Source: Octopus sinensis (lineage: Eukaryota). From it: a stretch of 64,000 nt of DNA. Of the stretch, positions 38,661 through 53,437 are shown one piece after another. The stretch spans positions 95,294,001 through 95,358,000 of the forward strand of contig NC_042999.1 of the NCBI RefSeq assembly GCF_006345805.1. Reading direction: 5' to 3'. The notes beneath the pieces are model-generated. The model saw nothing but the letters and a program-made list of their open reading frames with translations. It made no database searches and was not told the origin of the DNA. Each line of letters opens with the position of its first letter. Position 1 is the stretch's first letter. Both the position numbers and the translations under genes were made by a program.

Positions 38661-39621
38661 CCTCTTCCTTCTTCTTTTTCCTCTTTATTCCTCTTCTTTT
38701 CCTCCTCCCCCCTCCATTTCCACACCCTCTCCTGCATCCATCACAATTATCACTATTACTACAACTCTCAGTAACATCATCAGCTGCATCACCTTCATCA
38801 TCATTTTCTATTTCTTAAAGCAACTTGAGCTATTTTCTCTCAAAATTTTCCTTCGAGCCAGTTTCCATTTTTGACCAAGTTAACTAATGGGTTAGTCTGC
38901 CAGTTTTCACTGTTCTTTCAGCGTAATCTAGCTTTTCCAATACTACCACACCATCCACACTACATCTCTGAACACCAACACCTTCAGTCTACCATCCTTG
39001 CACTTCGGCTATCATACAATAAATGATAAATTACCATCAAGCTATATTTAACAGAATTTTCAAGGTGAAAGAAAAAAAATTGAGTAAAACTAAAAAAAAA
39101 AAATATCAACTAGAATAGAAATAAACTCAATAAGATTTGCTATATAGCAGAGAACAGAAGGTCTGTAAGGGGTGAAAACCAAAACTGACTACCTGCTCTG
39201 ACGAATTTCAAATGAGTTCAAAATTAGTGTATCAATTTGATTAAACTTCCTTTAGTCTTCATTAACTTACTTTGTAACAGTGGCAATTGTTGAATTTTCT
39301 TACACTATTTCTTACACTATTTTCTTTGTTCGCTTTCTGTTTCGTCTCATACTTTTTCATGTATCTCCATAACACTTTATGTGTGCTGGCTTAAATTAGC
39401 TGTAAAATTTGATTAAGTCCACTGGCTGTTGCGAACATAGTACTTCTGGAAAAGAATTCAGACAAAATCAATAATTGGTAATTGAAACATATAAAAGTGG
39501 TAAGGTATAACAATAGTGGTTGAGATATTTGGTGAAGCCATTTAGTCTTGACAGAAATACATTCTGATGATAAAATGTGTGAATGTGCACACATACACAC
39601 GAACACACACATACATGTATG

Positions 39622-39655
<34 letters not shown>

Positions 39656-39667
39656 GTGTGTGTGTAT

Positions 39668-39699
<32 letters not shown>

Positions 39700-39889
39700 A
39701 ATTTATGTTTATATGTATATATATGTATATATATGTATATATATATATATATGCTTATATATAGATTAATATATATATATATATATATATCATCAACATC
39801 ATCATCATCATCGCTAAACGATGATGATGATGATGATATATATATATATATATTAATATTTATATACATAAGAAGATCGTCTCTTTGCA

Positions 39890-40390
39890 ACAGCTCAGCT
39901 ACTGGGAAAGGTTGAAACAGCTAAGACTCTACTCTCTGGAGAGAAGACAGGAGAGGTATGCTGTAATATATATTTGGAAGATCCTGGAAGGAATTGTGCC
40001 AAATTTTGGCATTGAAAGCTACACCAATGCCAGAATGGGATAACACTGCATAGTGCCAAAGATCCCAGCAATGCCATCACACTTCAGGACCAGTTACTGC
40101 AACAGCCTGGGTTTCAAGGGCCCACAGCTTTTTAATATTCTCCCAAAGAGTCTGAGGAACTTGCACAAAGTAGATGTAGGGGTTTTTAAATCAAAGCTGG
40201 ACCTCTTCCTGTCGAGAGTCGCAGATGAACCTACCTCACGGCAAGAGGTGCAAATGAGGGTAGCTATATCAAACTCCATGCTTCACCAAGTGCCACATAT
40301 TAGAGGAGGCTCTTAGTAATAACAGTGTAGCAAAATGGCGGTGCATCAGCATGGCCGGCATCTCTGAGCTAAAACTACAGAGAATATATA
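39890..40390 (+). mobile_element. CR1-group LINE C-terminus and 3' tail
   Basis: SYCNSLGFKGPQLFNILPKSLRN..FKSKLDLFLSRVADEP. Confidence 0.9.
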
Positions 40391-40409
40391 TATATATATA
40401 TATATATAA

Positions 40410-41600
40410 ATCCCAGCAATCCTCAGATCGTATAAGCGTGCCCTGGCGAAATCACTACAGATTCTCTTCCAGATCTTTCTTGTAAATGGTAGGCTGCCAA
40501 GCAAACTGAAGGAGGGAATAATGTTCCCAATCCATAAAGGAGGAAGCAGAGCAGATGCCAAAAACTGTAGGCCAATCTCTCTGACTTCGCACATCAGAAA
40601 AGTCATGGAACTGATAGTCAGATGGAAACTCATTGCATTCTTTGAAGAAAATGACTTGCTGAGTGATACCCAGCATGGCTCTTGAACCATGTAGGAACTG
40701 CCTGACCCAGCTCTTACAGCACTATGACTGGGTGTTGAGGCAGTTACTCAACAACTCAAATGTGGATGTAATATACCTTGACTGTGCAAAAGCTTTTTAT
40801 AAAGTGGATCTTGGTTTGATGTGCCACAAACTACATGATCTTGGTATAGTTGGAAAACTTGGAGAGTTTTTATACGACTTTCTGAAAGATAGAAGTCAGG
40901 CAATAGTGGCCAATGGAGCCACCTCTATGAAAACACAACTAGTGAATGGTGTGTTCCACAGGGCACTCTCTTGGGATCACTACTTTTCATAGTGGCCCTC
41001 TCAGATATGCACTCAACTGCCCAGATAGCCACCCTTGCTAGCTACACAGATGATATGAAAGTCTTGCAGAAAATACAGAACCCCAGTGATGTTGGACAAC
41101 TGCAGCAGGAGCTGGACTCAATATACAGATGGGCTGAGTATAATAGTATGCACATTAATGCTGAAAAATTCCAAGCCCTGCACTACCAGCATCCAAAACT
41201 GAATATAAAACTTACAGTGTACACTGGTCCACAAGGGATTACAGTCCCAGAGCTAAATAAGTGAGGGCCTGGATATCAACATGAGTGATGATACCTCTTT
41301 CCAAGTGCACATTACCAGGATGGCGACAAAGTGCAGACGACTGCCTGGATGGAACCTGAGAATGTTCAGAACCAGACATAAGGAAACCAGGATGTTTCTC
41401 TGGAGGAAGTTCATCATCAGCCACCTACTCCCAACTATGGTCACCCAACAGTGTAAAATTAGCAGTGAACCTTGAAGCAATCCAATGAAACTTCTCAAAG
41501 AAGTTTCACTTCATTGCAACTACTCAGCTACTGGCAAAGGCTGAAACAATTACGACCCTACTCCCTGGGGCAAAGGCAGGAGAGGTAAATGCTATAACAG
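40410..41600 (+). mobile_element. CR1-group LINE RT (frameshifted)
   Basis: FPIHKGGSRADAKNCRPISLTSHIRKVME, VDVIYLDCAKAFYKVD, LASYTDDMKV, LQQELDSIYRWAEYNSM. Confidence 0.92.
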
Positions 41601-41696
41601 ATCAGTTCATCTCAAATTCTTTATAAACTCCTAAATATATCTCCTTCTGTGTATATATATACTACCAAATATGACGTTTTTGAACTAGTATTTTTC

Positions 41697-41742
<46 letters not shown>

Positions 41743-42909
41743 TACTTCCAAACAAACATGATTTTTAATGAAATCCTAATATTTTAAACTTTTTAATATT
41801 TTCTCAAGATATTTCCTTGTAAACTGCTTTTAACATGTTCTTATTATTATCAAAGTATGTATATATGTATTGTAATATTTTGTGACAAGCAATACTTAAC
41901 ACAACAAAGCTTTTACAAAACTTTACATTTTACTTTTGACAATCTTTTTCTAAAAAGTGAAACCGGTCAAGTGAATATATATTTTTAAAATTGTATTTTG
42001 AAACCTTCTTTCATATATATATATATATATATATAATATATATATATATGCACGTATATATGTATATATATGTATGTGTGCAGTGTGTGTATAGTTTATA
42101 TATATATATATTTATATTTATATTATGCATACATATTTGCATACTTGTGTGCATAGCATACATACTTACACACATAAACACACATTTGTACAGTATTTAT
42201 ATACATCGTCACCATCTTCATTGTAAGTTACCATCCATCTTCAATGCTGGGTGGCTGGTTCAACAGGATCTGAAGAAACAGGGTACTGTGTCATGCTCCA
42301 GTATTTTCTGTGGCCTGCTTTTTGTTGCTGGATGGCAACCATTTTACACAGAGTATTGGGGCACACGTTTTGTGTAGGAACAGCAGTAATGAGGTAACCT
42401 GCAAGACTAAGGGCTTAAGGTTCCAGTTTTATGACACATGTAACCCAGCCTAATCCATACTAATCTTACACTATGAACAGGCAAAAGCACAAGTGACAGT
42501 AGTGAACAACACAATTCATGGCAGAGGTTTGGAACTCAACTCTAGATAAACAGTTGCTTGGAATTTCTCTTAGATGTCATATTTTTCAAGGTTTGAGAAG
42601 CTATCTTCGAGCTGGTAATGATTGTTAGTTTCTTGGTTTGTCCCAAATGGTGATCTCCATATGTGTGATGACAAGAAAGAGGTCTGTCTAACAGTTATTA
42701 GCACTGGAAGCTCTTTTGGTGATGAGGATATCTGTTATTTTTTTTTGTCAGATGATGGCATAATCTACATCTTGAGAAGATGATTATATCACATCTACTG
42801 CCAGTATGTAGATCTATACTACAAACTTCAAGCAACACCAAATTTTTTTTTCCATTGTCCTATCTTCTTACTATTGGGCTTTTCAATGAAATATATTGAA
42901 GGTAATATT

Positions 42910-43331
42910 GGTTTCATATTGTGGCACACAGCCAGCAGTTGGCCCCAGTGTTCACCTGATACTTATTTTACTGATCCTGAAAGAGTGCAAGGTAATGTTG
43001 ACCTTAGTAAAATTTGAACTCAGAATGTAAAGACAGACAAAATGCAACTAAGCATTTTGCTCAGTGTGCTTACGATTCTGCCAGCTTACCACCCTAATGT
43101 TGCAGGTAATATTAATTAAAAATTTTGGTCCAAGGCCAGCAATTTCAAGGTAGGGGATAAGTCAATTACATCGATCCCAGTGTTCAACTCGTACTTATTT
43201 AATCAAGCCCCCAAAGAGATGAAAGACAAAGCTGACCCCAGCAGTATTTGAACTGAGAACATAAAGTTGGGAGAAATGTTGCTAAGCATTTTCCTAGTGC
43301 AGTAATGATTCTGCCAGCTTGCCACCTTTTG
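42910..43331 (-). mobile_element. Two tandem SINE copies
   Basis: Two ...gattctgccagctt.cc heads, at about 43075 and 43310. Confidence 0.8.
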
Positions 43332-43747
43332 TTGAAGGTAATATTAGTAAGAAAAAACATTGACGGCATTGATTTGCTTACAGTGAATCTCAACTTGGAA
43401 AGATCCACTGTAAATGTGAGTGACTTACACACTGATTTCAAGGCCATCATCTATGGCATATGCAGAATGAGACTGGCAGTATCAGGTGATAAAATTGTAA
43501 TTGACTGCTAGTACCAGTATAGTCTTGAATGATGGTTTCTTATCCATTCCATTTGCCATTGCCCTTCTCTGCCAGTTCAAACAATATAATCTAATTCTCA
43601 TTCTTTGATGTGTGGAGGGTTTCCATGATTCATTGACCCTGAAAATGACATTGTCAAGAGTTTAGTGCTCCAGGTAGAGTGACCATAAGTAGCAAGGTCA
43701 AAGAAAAGGACCAGCATCACTTCAAGACTACAATAGCAGAAGGTGTA

Positions 43748-43782
<35 letters not shown>

Positions 43783-43818
43783 GCACAGATAGATAGATAG
43801 ATTGATAGGTAGACAGAC

Positions 43819-44266
43819 AGGATAGAATTTATAAATACTTAATACATCACTACACACGTTTCCACAAATCACATGATTTTGACATCAGAGTCGGTATCCT
43901 TGAGACATGGTACAGTCTGTATTATCCATGGGCATCCAGTTGATCATCATCATTGATTCATTTCATCGGGTGATACTGCATTATTGGATGAATCACAGAG
44001 GGATGTTTATCCATTCTTGCCAGTGTGATGGCCAATTTAGCTAGATTGACTTTCATACTGACAAGAAGGATTAGACACCCCTCTAAGATTCATCCAATAA
44101 TGCAGTGTCACTTGATGAAATGTACCAATGACGGTGATCAACCGGATGCCAACGGATAATATGGACTATACTGTACTAATACCAAGGATACCAACTCTGA
44201 TGTCAAAATCATGTGATTTGTGGAAACGTGCATAGCGATGTATTAAATATTTATAAATTCCATCCT
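43819..44266. mobile_element. Foldback MITE, ~185-bp TIRs with ~75-bp spacer
   Basis: The cacgtttccacaaatcacatgattttgacatcagag block is mirrored at 44180-44230. Confidence 0.88.
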
Positions 44267-44599
44267 AGAATTATTGTTATTATATTCATCCCAAATGATA
44301 TCAGTATACCCATGATGCAACCCCAAAAAACTGACTTACTAGTCAGCATCATTAGATGGCAGTTGACATAATGAAATAGGAGCTTTATGTGCATACCCCT
44401 AATGTTACCATAAATGAATTTAAAAGATTGTCATTAAATGCTGGAAATGAGGAGTAGAAGGACAACTGACAACTGATGAAGGGCTGTTCTTTATGTTACT
44501 TGTCTTGTTTTCCATTTGTTTCTCTCGTCTCATTGTTTCCATACCTAAGTTTGTCTTCGTATTTCATGTTGTTTTCATATTTCATGTTGTTTACATTTT

Positions 44600-44889
<290 letters not shown>

Positions 44890-44890
<1 letters not shown>

Positions 44891-45078
44891 TATGATAAAT
44901 CGTTAGCCACTATACACATTTTTTTTTTCTCCTTGTTTTTTCTGTGTCCCTTTCTGTAGAGGAGCGTAGGCTTGAAACGTAAAAAACTTTTTCTAATCCT
45001 GAGCATTATACTAATACATCTGTTTGTTTTGTACACCACCTGTCTTCGTCTTTTGCTTTTTTTCGTAAACTCTCCCTA
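44890..45078 (+). mobile_element. PLE-like repeat with hammerhead-like motif (copy 2)
   Basis: cctttCTGTAGAggagcgtaggcttGAAACGTAaaaa at 44949-44986. Confidence 0.6.
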
Positions 45079-45610
45079 TCATCATCATCATAGTTTAACG
45101 TCCGCTTTCCATGCTAGCATGGGTTGGACGATTTTGACTGAGGGCTGGTGAACCAGATGGTTGCACCAGGCTCCAATCTTGATATGGCAGAGTTTCTACA
45201 GCTGGATGGCCTTAATAACGCGAACCACTCCGAGAGTGTAGTGGGTGCTTTTTATGTGCCACCGCACGGGGGCCAGTCAGGTGGTACTGGCAACGACCTC
45301 GCTCAAATCCTTTTACACATGCCACCAGCACAGGTGCCAGTAAGGCGACTTTGGTAACGATCACGCTCAAATGGTGCCCTTTTATGTGCCACTGGCATGG
45401 AAGCCAGCTGGCTGCTCTGGCAACGATCACGCTCGGATGGTGCTCTTGGCATCCTACTAGCACGGGCACAAGTGACAGTAAGGCGACGCTGGTAACGATT
45501 ACGCTCAAATGGTTCCCTTTAAGTGCCACTGGCACGGAAGCTGGTTAGTCGCTCTGTCAATGATCATGCTCGTATGGTGCTCTTTGCACCCTGCCAGCAC
45601 AGACGCCAGT
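45078..45610 (-). mobile_element. RTE 3' UTR copy with a ~138-bp internal tandem duplication
   Basis: gtaaggcgac...gtaacgat.acgctcaaatgg occurs twice. Confidence 0.8.
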
Positions 45611-45663
45611 TATCGAATTTGATTTTGATTTTGTTTTTGATTGATTTGATTTATATATATTTG

Positions 45664-45699
<36 letters not shown>

Positions 45700-45895
45700 T
45701 ACATACACACACACATATATATATATCACTTACACGAGAGACAGACAGTCAAATATACACATGCACGCACACACACATATTTATGTAAATATGAATAAAT
45801 ATGCATGTGTCTGTATGAATGCTTGCCTGCTTATACTTATGCATATATATAATCACAGATATAAATATATGGAAACATTCATGTGCATATACATC

Positions 45896-45930
<35 letters not shown>

Positions 45931-45976
45931 ATATTTTTATCTCTATCCTCCATTTATCTTTCTCTATATCATTTCA

Positions 45977-46017
<41 letters not shown>

Positions 46018-46080
46018 TTATATATATGTATATATATATGTATCTTTGTATACATACATACACACACAACACACATATAT

Positions 46081-46115
<35 letters not shown>

Positions 46116-49100
46116 AACATATCTACGTATGTATGTGTCTTTGTGTGTCTCTGTATAAATAAATGGTGAGAGAGTAGTGAAAGAGAGTTAGAGAGGGAAA
46201 GGGTTTATGAGCTTATCACAGAAACAGCTTTTTATGTATAAATCTTAGTTCAATATACAACAATAGTGCTGTATAAGCTGTTTAATGCCGTCTTGCAGAT
46301 GAAGGAATAATTGCAATTTAGTGAAGTTTGGGGACATAAAGAAAGATGCCTAAATATCTATTTTATGTGATGTTTAGTGTTATGTTGAGAGTGTAGTCAA
46401 AGAAAGATCATAGGTCAGTAGCAAATGGTATAGAACTATGCCTAAGAGAAAATGGAAGGAAGCATTTAATGTAAAAGTATCTGTGGACAGAGCAACATAA
46501 AAGAAGTCATCATTCTGTCTCATCTAAAACTAAAATAGTAAGGGGGAGAATCGTAAGTTAAGTTAAGCTGTCATCATATCATAAGTGTTGTTTCTGAATA
46601 CCAATATCAGTAATATTCCACACCAATATTTTACAACCAGTCCCACCATAAAGCCCACCCTTCTAAAGAGACCTTTTGAAGGTCTTTTTGTCATTTCTTT
46701 CTAAACTACAATGGTCTTTCCACCCATACAAACTTCACTGTATTCATATCCACTCATTCACACCTTTTTCTCTCCTATCACCTCATAACCTATATAGAAA
46801 GCATTTTCCTAAATATTTCTTTCCCTGAACTTTATCTTCAGAGATTGCCTTTTAGGTTAGTTGAAATATTTAACAGCTCTCATTTACAATGTTGTTTCTA
46901 CATTCTGAAAGATAAAAAAGAAGAGCTAAATCTAACCAATAAAAAACAAAAAAAGAAATTTAACCTAAGCTAATGCACTGTTATTATTTTGTTAGGGCAC
47001 TTAAATAACTCTGAAAAATCACTATTTTACAGAATTACTAATAACAATATAGATAAGAGAGCATTAATTTTGTTTCTTCAGTCTTTCATTTTGGGGATAT
47101 AATTGTCATAGTTTCGTGCCTTATGTTAGCAAGGAGCACCAATACTATAGCGTTCATATAATATTGCCAGTTTTGTTGATGTAGTCAACAATAAATAAGT
47201 AGTATATATTCATAAAAAAGATTTATCATTTGTTGTTTCTAAAGTGTAAAAACAAAACAATCACAATAATTATATAAAAATTCCAAAGTTTGAGCTGAGA
47301 GTACACACATCTTTCTAGAATGTTTTATGGTGTATAGATTAATGCTTCTGACAAGGTTTTTTCCCCCTCTAATGTGTTCACAGAAGCTACAGTATGTTGG
47401 CCAGGATTAGTAAACTTGCTTTTAAAATATTTAGTTTGAAAGCATTTTTATGAAGCAAACATTTTTGTTTGTGTATTGCTTGTTTGGTTTTTTGTTTGAG
47501 TATTTTATCATCCTGAATTATTATTCCTTCATTTTCACTTATAGAAGAAGAGAGCAGTGAAAAAATGGTGAGCAGTAAATAAAACACTGTGATTTTAATG
47601 ACATCACATGTTTTAATTTTGCTTCAATAGTTTATCTGAAACTTACATGACATCTGGGCATTTTGAAATTATACCTAATTTTTATTTTTTGACTTCAAAT
47701 ACTATGCATTTTAGCTCAAGTGTTTTCTAAAATCATTTGTGTATGTAAGTACTTGTGCCTCCTAACAGTGAGGGAAAAAATGTGTAGCATGACTGAAATC
47801 CTTGACATAAGATGTTAGAAAGTTTGTTAAAATTTTCAGTTAAAAACTCATTTCAGTATTAAAGTCAATAAAGGATGAATGCTAGAAATTTATTGGTTGT
47901 GTAATTTTTAATGTCAACACTTGCTTTTTTATTATAGTAAATAATACTTCAGCATATCAAGAAAAAGGAAAGAGTGTTTGATCATTAAGCATAAATAATA
48001 CAGGTGACTGCAAAATATCTTTCATCTATATAGAAATGTCTTCATGGAAATAGGTCTTTGAGAAAATAGGTTTTGCTAGATCATTACAAATAAAAAATAA
48101 CTAACGTATTTCTTTTCTTAATTTTATATGTTAATTGCAATTAATATTTGAGTTAGAAAATCTCTGGTATCAATACTGAGAGAGTAATGTTAAGAAAAAT
48201 AGGTAGTTCTCAACTGTGGAAAATTTTCCAAGATAGTGATTTCCAAAGTTGATACTTAAGGTAAGTCTAGTTGATTTAAGCTACCTCAGAATATGACTTA
48301 GATTTATTTCTTTGACCACCTAAATGATTTAAAAAATACTCACATCCTTCTGAGCATTCTATTGATCTATCTTAAAAAATGTTTCAAAATTAGTTCCATT
48401 TTAGAAGTACATTTATGCTCAGAAAAAATTCCAGGAATTGCATGAGAGATGCTTAGAAACCAGATCACACTAAACTAAACACTACAAAAATCAAAATGAA
48501 TGACTAATAATTGTTGCTGAAGAACACTTTAGACCTGACGTCAATTGTCATGAAGAAACAACTAATATCAAACTATTAATGGTTAATTGAATGAAAGTAT
48601 TTTTAATGTTTGAAGCATTAAAAACACTTAGATAAGATAAATTACACTGTGAAAAAATAAAATAAAATGGTTACTATCATTGTTTTATCAGCAAACATTT
48701 GTGTTACTATGCATATTTAATTGTTATTTAAAATGATTAGTGAAAGTGTAACTATGTCGTACTTGCTGAAAATTAAATCTTAACATAGATATAAAAAAAA
48801 AGTTGTATATTTGTTGGATTTAGGAAAGAAAATTGCTTAAAAATCTACAAATTCTTAGGTGCTGCCTACTTCATATATGATGGGTAAGTGAATGAAGGTG
48901 TTTCTAAAGCTTGGAACATTGAAAAGGAATAAGATATAGGGAGATATGTATTGAAGCCCAAATGTTAGCCCAATTGAAGTTATCAGATTCTTAAATAATA
49001 GTTTCTGGTAAAAAGTAAAAATACCTTATATAAATATACATTGTTTATGACAAATTACTATCAGTTGATATTATAATATCAAATAATCCTTCAGCAGTCA

Positions 49101-50139
49101 GAAGTGGAGGTGTCTGTCTTTAAGTTTGGCAGACAACATCTCTAGAGCAGGTGATACAGAATGCATTACACTCTAGTTGCAAAGAATACAGAAAATAAAA
49201 TGGAGACATGCATTCCACAAGCTATAGCAAACACAACTTATCTAGGAAAGCACTAACTCTGAAGCAAAAAAAATGATATAGTGTATGAACTATTTATCAT
49301 GACAGACAATCTCACTAATGCTGGTGTTGTGATACAATTCACTTATCACATACTATGAAATGCTTGAAGTATTAGGGTAGCATCTATGGAGAAAACATGA
49401 TAAAAAAAAATGCCAAATGCATGACCTTACACAACAAGGATTTTCTCTATTGCTATATATATATGCAGTGTATCTTTTAAGTTAGGGCTCCACCTAGATT
49501 ATCATCATCTAATCTGCCTCCAATATTATGGTTAAGCAACTGCTATACTCATTTGTATTCCTAGTTATGATATACAGAACAAATGTAGGAGAAATTGCAA
49601 TAAGCACAAGTTTATATTATTTGTTCCCACAAATGTTTCACCACTGTGGTTCTTTGGAACTCTGCATTGGATATTCCAAATGCAGTTGGATGCTTAACTA
49701 CAACAGATGATTCAAGAACACTGCATCACATTACAGAGAACCAAATGATGTACATAAGAACAAATGATATGCACTTGTTTCTTGTAACTTTTGAAATAAT
49801 TAATCATATTTGATTATTGTTATTAAATTTGACAAAAAAGAGATAAAATTTTTCCTAAAACAATTTTTGTTTTGTTTATTGAGTAATGACAGTCAACATA
49901 AATTGTACAACTTAAAGATTTGGGCCCAAATAATGAGACATTTGAGTGTGTCCAAAGCTTGAATCTTATTGTACATGCTTTTAGGTGCAGAGTTGAGATA
50001 TCTATTTGCTCAGAGATTGTGTGTTCAAATATGCTGCAGTTTTTTTCCCTTTGACAGAGCATTCTAGTTTGTAATGCCTTCATTCACCTAGCTGTCATAA
50101 ATTATTATTATTATTATGGCTGGGTTCCAATCTGAGCCA

Positions 50140-50620
50140 CTGCAACAAAGTTCATCTGCAATTCTTCTCAGTCTATCATCACTACCTCAAGGTCCTGGAT
50201 ACATTCCAGGCCAGTGTCTGCAATCAAGTTGTTGATGTACAAGTGACAACATTTTCCTCTTCTTACATCACCATGAAGTGGGTTTCACAAGACTAATTTG
50301 GATGCTCCCAGCACAGGGTGGTGCATGCAGTGGTCAGATAGGTGGTTGGGTGAGCAGTTCAGAAGCAGACATCAAGATCAGGAAGGTACAAGCATGGACA
50401 ACCTGTCACAAACTAAAGAAGGTCTGGAACTCCAAAGTGCCCAGTCAAATCAAAATCAAGCTGTTCTTTGCAACTGTTGAATCAGTACTATTATATTGCA
50501 GTGAAACGTGGACACTGACACAAAAATTATCAAACAGGCTAAGTAGAAACAACACAAGGGTGCTACAAATGGCCCTAAATGTGAAATGGCAGCTATATAC
50601 GACAAACAAGTGCCTTTAAT
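50140..50620 (+). mobile_element. RTE LINE fragment
   Basis: KIKLFFATVESVLLYCSETWTLTQKLSNRL. Confidence 0.85.
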
Positions 50621-51104
50621 GAAACTTATCACAAATAGGGTTCAATTTATTCATTAATGTTGATTGTTAATTGTATTAGGTTAGCACTCTATCTTGTGAA
50701 GCATTTTTATTTTCAAATATTTTTCACTAGAAACCCATGAATTAAGTGCCAACCAGTATAAAAAGCATAGGTCGAAAGACATTTACATTTTAAATCACAT
50801 GTACTTTTATGTGACATACACTACCATACAGTGTTTTCTTGCATATATTAGAATATAGAAATCAGAGTGTGCTGGCTCTTGAGAAATTTCTGTGTTGATC
50901 GTATGGCATCCTCAAATGGTGCAGAATAGATGTAACTTCTCAAACTTTTTAAAAAATAAATCTCAATGCAGAAGATGGGGTTGAGAGAGGAAGTTGTAGG
51001 TATGTATTTCATTTACCCAGATGAGATACAAAACAAACTTTAGCTAAATAAGATTTGCATTCACAGTACTAGGAAATTATCCACATAAAGAAAACTGTCA
51101 ACAG

Positions 51105-51500
51105 GGACAGGCATGACTGTGTGATGAGAAGTTTGCTTCCTACTGCAAGGCACCTTGGGCAAATGCCTTCTACTATAGCCCCAGGCTGACCAAACTTTTG
51201 AATGAATTTAGTTGATGGAAACTGAAAGAAACCCATTGTGTGTGTGCATGCGTGCACACATGTATGTGTGTGTGTGTCTTAGTCTTTGTGTTTGTCCCTA
51301 CACCACCACTCGACAACCGGTGTCAGCTTGTTTTTGCTCCTGTAACTAAGTTTGACTAAAGAGACTGATAGAATAAATATCAGACTCAGAAAAAAGGGAG
51401 ATTGAGTACTGGGGCCGATTTGTTTGACTAAAGCCTTTCAAGACAAAGCCCCAGCATGGTTACAGCTCAATGACTGAAATAAGTAAATGATAAAAGAGAA
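51105..51500 (+). mobile_element. tRNA-derived SINE with an internal (GT)n
   Basis: caccttgggcaaatgccttctactatagcc...gactgatagaataa...cagcatggttacagctcaatgactgaaa. Confidence 0.8.
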
Positions 51501-52220
51501 AAATGATATGCCATGCAGTTTAATTTACTTTTCAAAGACTAGCAAATATGACAGAGGCAACAGTTAAATGTAATTCTTGTAACAGCAAGACCAAAACTAC
51601 AGAAGATCTCAGTTGGTCATTTTACTTCAAATAACAGTTTAGTAACAGTAATCACAGAAAACATACTATAGAAAGTTGGAAGTATATTTCATTACATATC
51701 ACCTGTTTTCTTTTATAAGATTATTTTATAGAGTAAAATAATTAGGTGTGTTGAACTAAGTCATTTCTACAATTAGCTGTAATTAAATCATGACTGAATG
51801 AAGTGTCAGTAAACTGGAAAATAAAGGAAATATGAATCACAAAGATTGTATAATTAATAGCAGGCCATTGTTCAGCTAGTTTACTTCTAATTACTGACAT
51901 AGGAACTTTGTTGATACAGTGTAATGAGAAGTTTAGATAGATATGGTTTTATTGCAATTGTTTTTGTTAATATTAATAAGAAACTTCCAGAGGCCATGTA
52001 AGTAATTATTGGTATTTTAAATAGAAATACAATGATATATGCATAGACGTAATCATGTTGTTAAGAAATTTGCTTCACAACTATATGAGCCCAGCTTTGA
52101 TTTCACTGCACAACACCCTAGGCAAGTATCTTCTAGTATGGGCTTGGGTTGGTCAATGCCTTTGGAGTATACAGAAGCCTATTGAGTATATTTGAGTACA
52201 TGCACACACACACACACACA

Positions 52221-53437
52221 CAGTGCAAGGGGTATTTGAGAACATATTTGGTAATTTAGTAAAACAACTCTAATCTCACAAAACCAATTCTAATAAAAAT
52301 TTGTGCTCATGTTTTTGATAAGCTTTTTTATAAGGTTATTTTCTGACTTCACCTTCAGCTTTAATGACTGCTTCAATGTGAGACTGGAATCATTGACATG
52401 CTTGCATTAAATTGTCTTTCTTCATTTCTGGTATCACCTAGACAATGTCAGCTTTCAGTGAAGCTGTGGTGTTGTGAGGATGTCAATTAGTCTTTCAACA
52501 ACATTCTAAACATAATAGTCCATGGTATTTAAATATGGCAAGTTTGGAGGCTAAGCTTGGTGTTACATGATTGTAAAGATTATCTGATATTCATCTTAGG
52601 CTATGTATATTTTGTGAGAAAGGGTTGAGTCATGTTGAAGTATGCTTGACCTTCTACTGTGTACTTCAGCCATCCAGGACTTAGCTGTCTTTAGCACTTC
52701 AACATAGCCATCAGTATTTATTTTAAAGTCTTATGGAAAGATGTGAGATAGCATGACATGACCTTCATTATTCTCTATTCCTAAAACCCTCAGTTACTGG
52801 AAACTTAATATGCATCACTCTGGGGGCATCAGAGGGACCTGCTTATGACCATCTATCACTTTTCCTGTAAAACTTTCAGTCTTGGTTGAAGGTTTTCCAA
52901 TTAGAAGAACTGAAACATGTCATATTCATGAAGGATTTTAACCTTGTGAAATAACTGCTTGGCATGGTTCAGACAGTTTTCCTGTGTCTTTACAGAAATG
53001 AATTGGCATCTTCTCTGTACATAGGACTTATATTGAATGTCCTTATGTGAGAGTCCAATCTGACATCTGAAGTTCTTTGGCTATGGCTCTCATTGAGTTT
53101 CCAGAATCATCATTGATAATGATTTTGAACCTTTTGGATGAATTGCTGTGTTCTTATAATGTCTGAATATTTAGAATGTTTTTTCTCTTTGATGCATTTG
53201 GAACATTCTGTCCAGAAGCTTCTTATTCCATCTGAACTTTGTGTACAAAAGATTTTATAACATTTAGAAAGTTGGCAATTTCTAAAGTGTTGTGTTCTAT
53301 GCATTGCATGTCTTCTCACTTCTTGTGCAAGCATTTTATCTGCCATGGAAGATTTAAGAGAAATAAAAACCTTTTAACTGGCTTCAGGAGAGTAACTCAC
53401 TAATAATTCACTGTCTTCAAATACTTCTTGAAACCTG
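52221..53437 (-). mobile_element. Decayed Tc1/mariner maT (DD37D)-like transposon with degenerate TIRs
   Basis: Minus-strand KTFNQD, GPSDAPRVMHIKFP remnants. Ends cagtgcaaggggtatttgag / tcaaatacttcttgaaacctg. Confidence 0.75.

Noticed and set aside
38438-38874. Long poly-S/L/F/R ORFs (also poly-N at 8337, His/Pro-rich at 35852, and YI/VC-repeat ORFs)
   Set aside because: They are translations of microsatellites.
47387-47587. Small ORF with a signal-peptide-like N-terminus
   Set aside because: GTG start, no splice or homology support, and composition explained by AT-rich DNA.
48200-48266. Strong donor AAG|GTAAGT at 48261
   Set aside because: All three upstream frames have stops nearby and there is no convincing acceptor.
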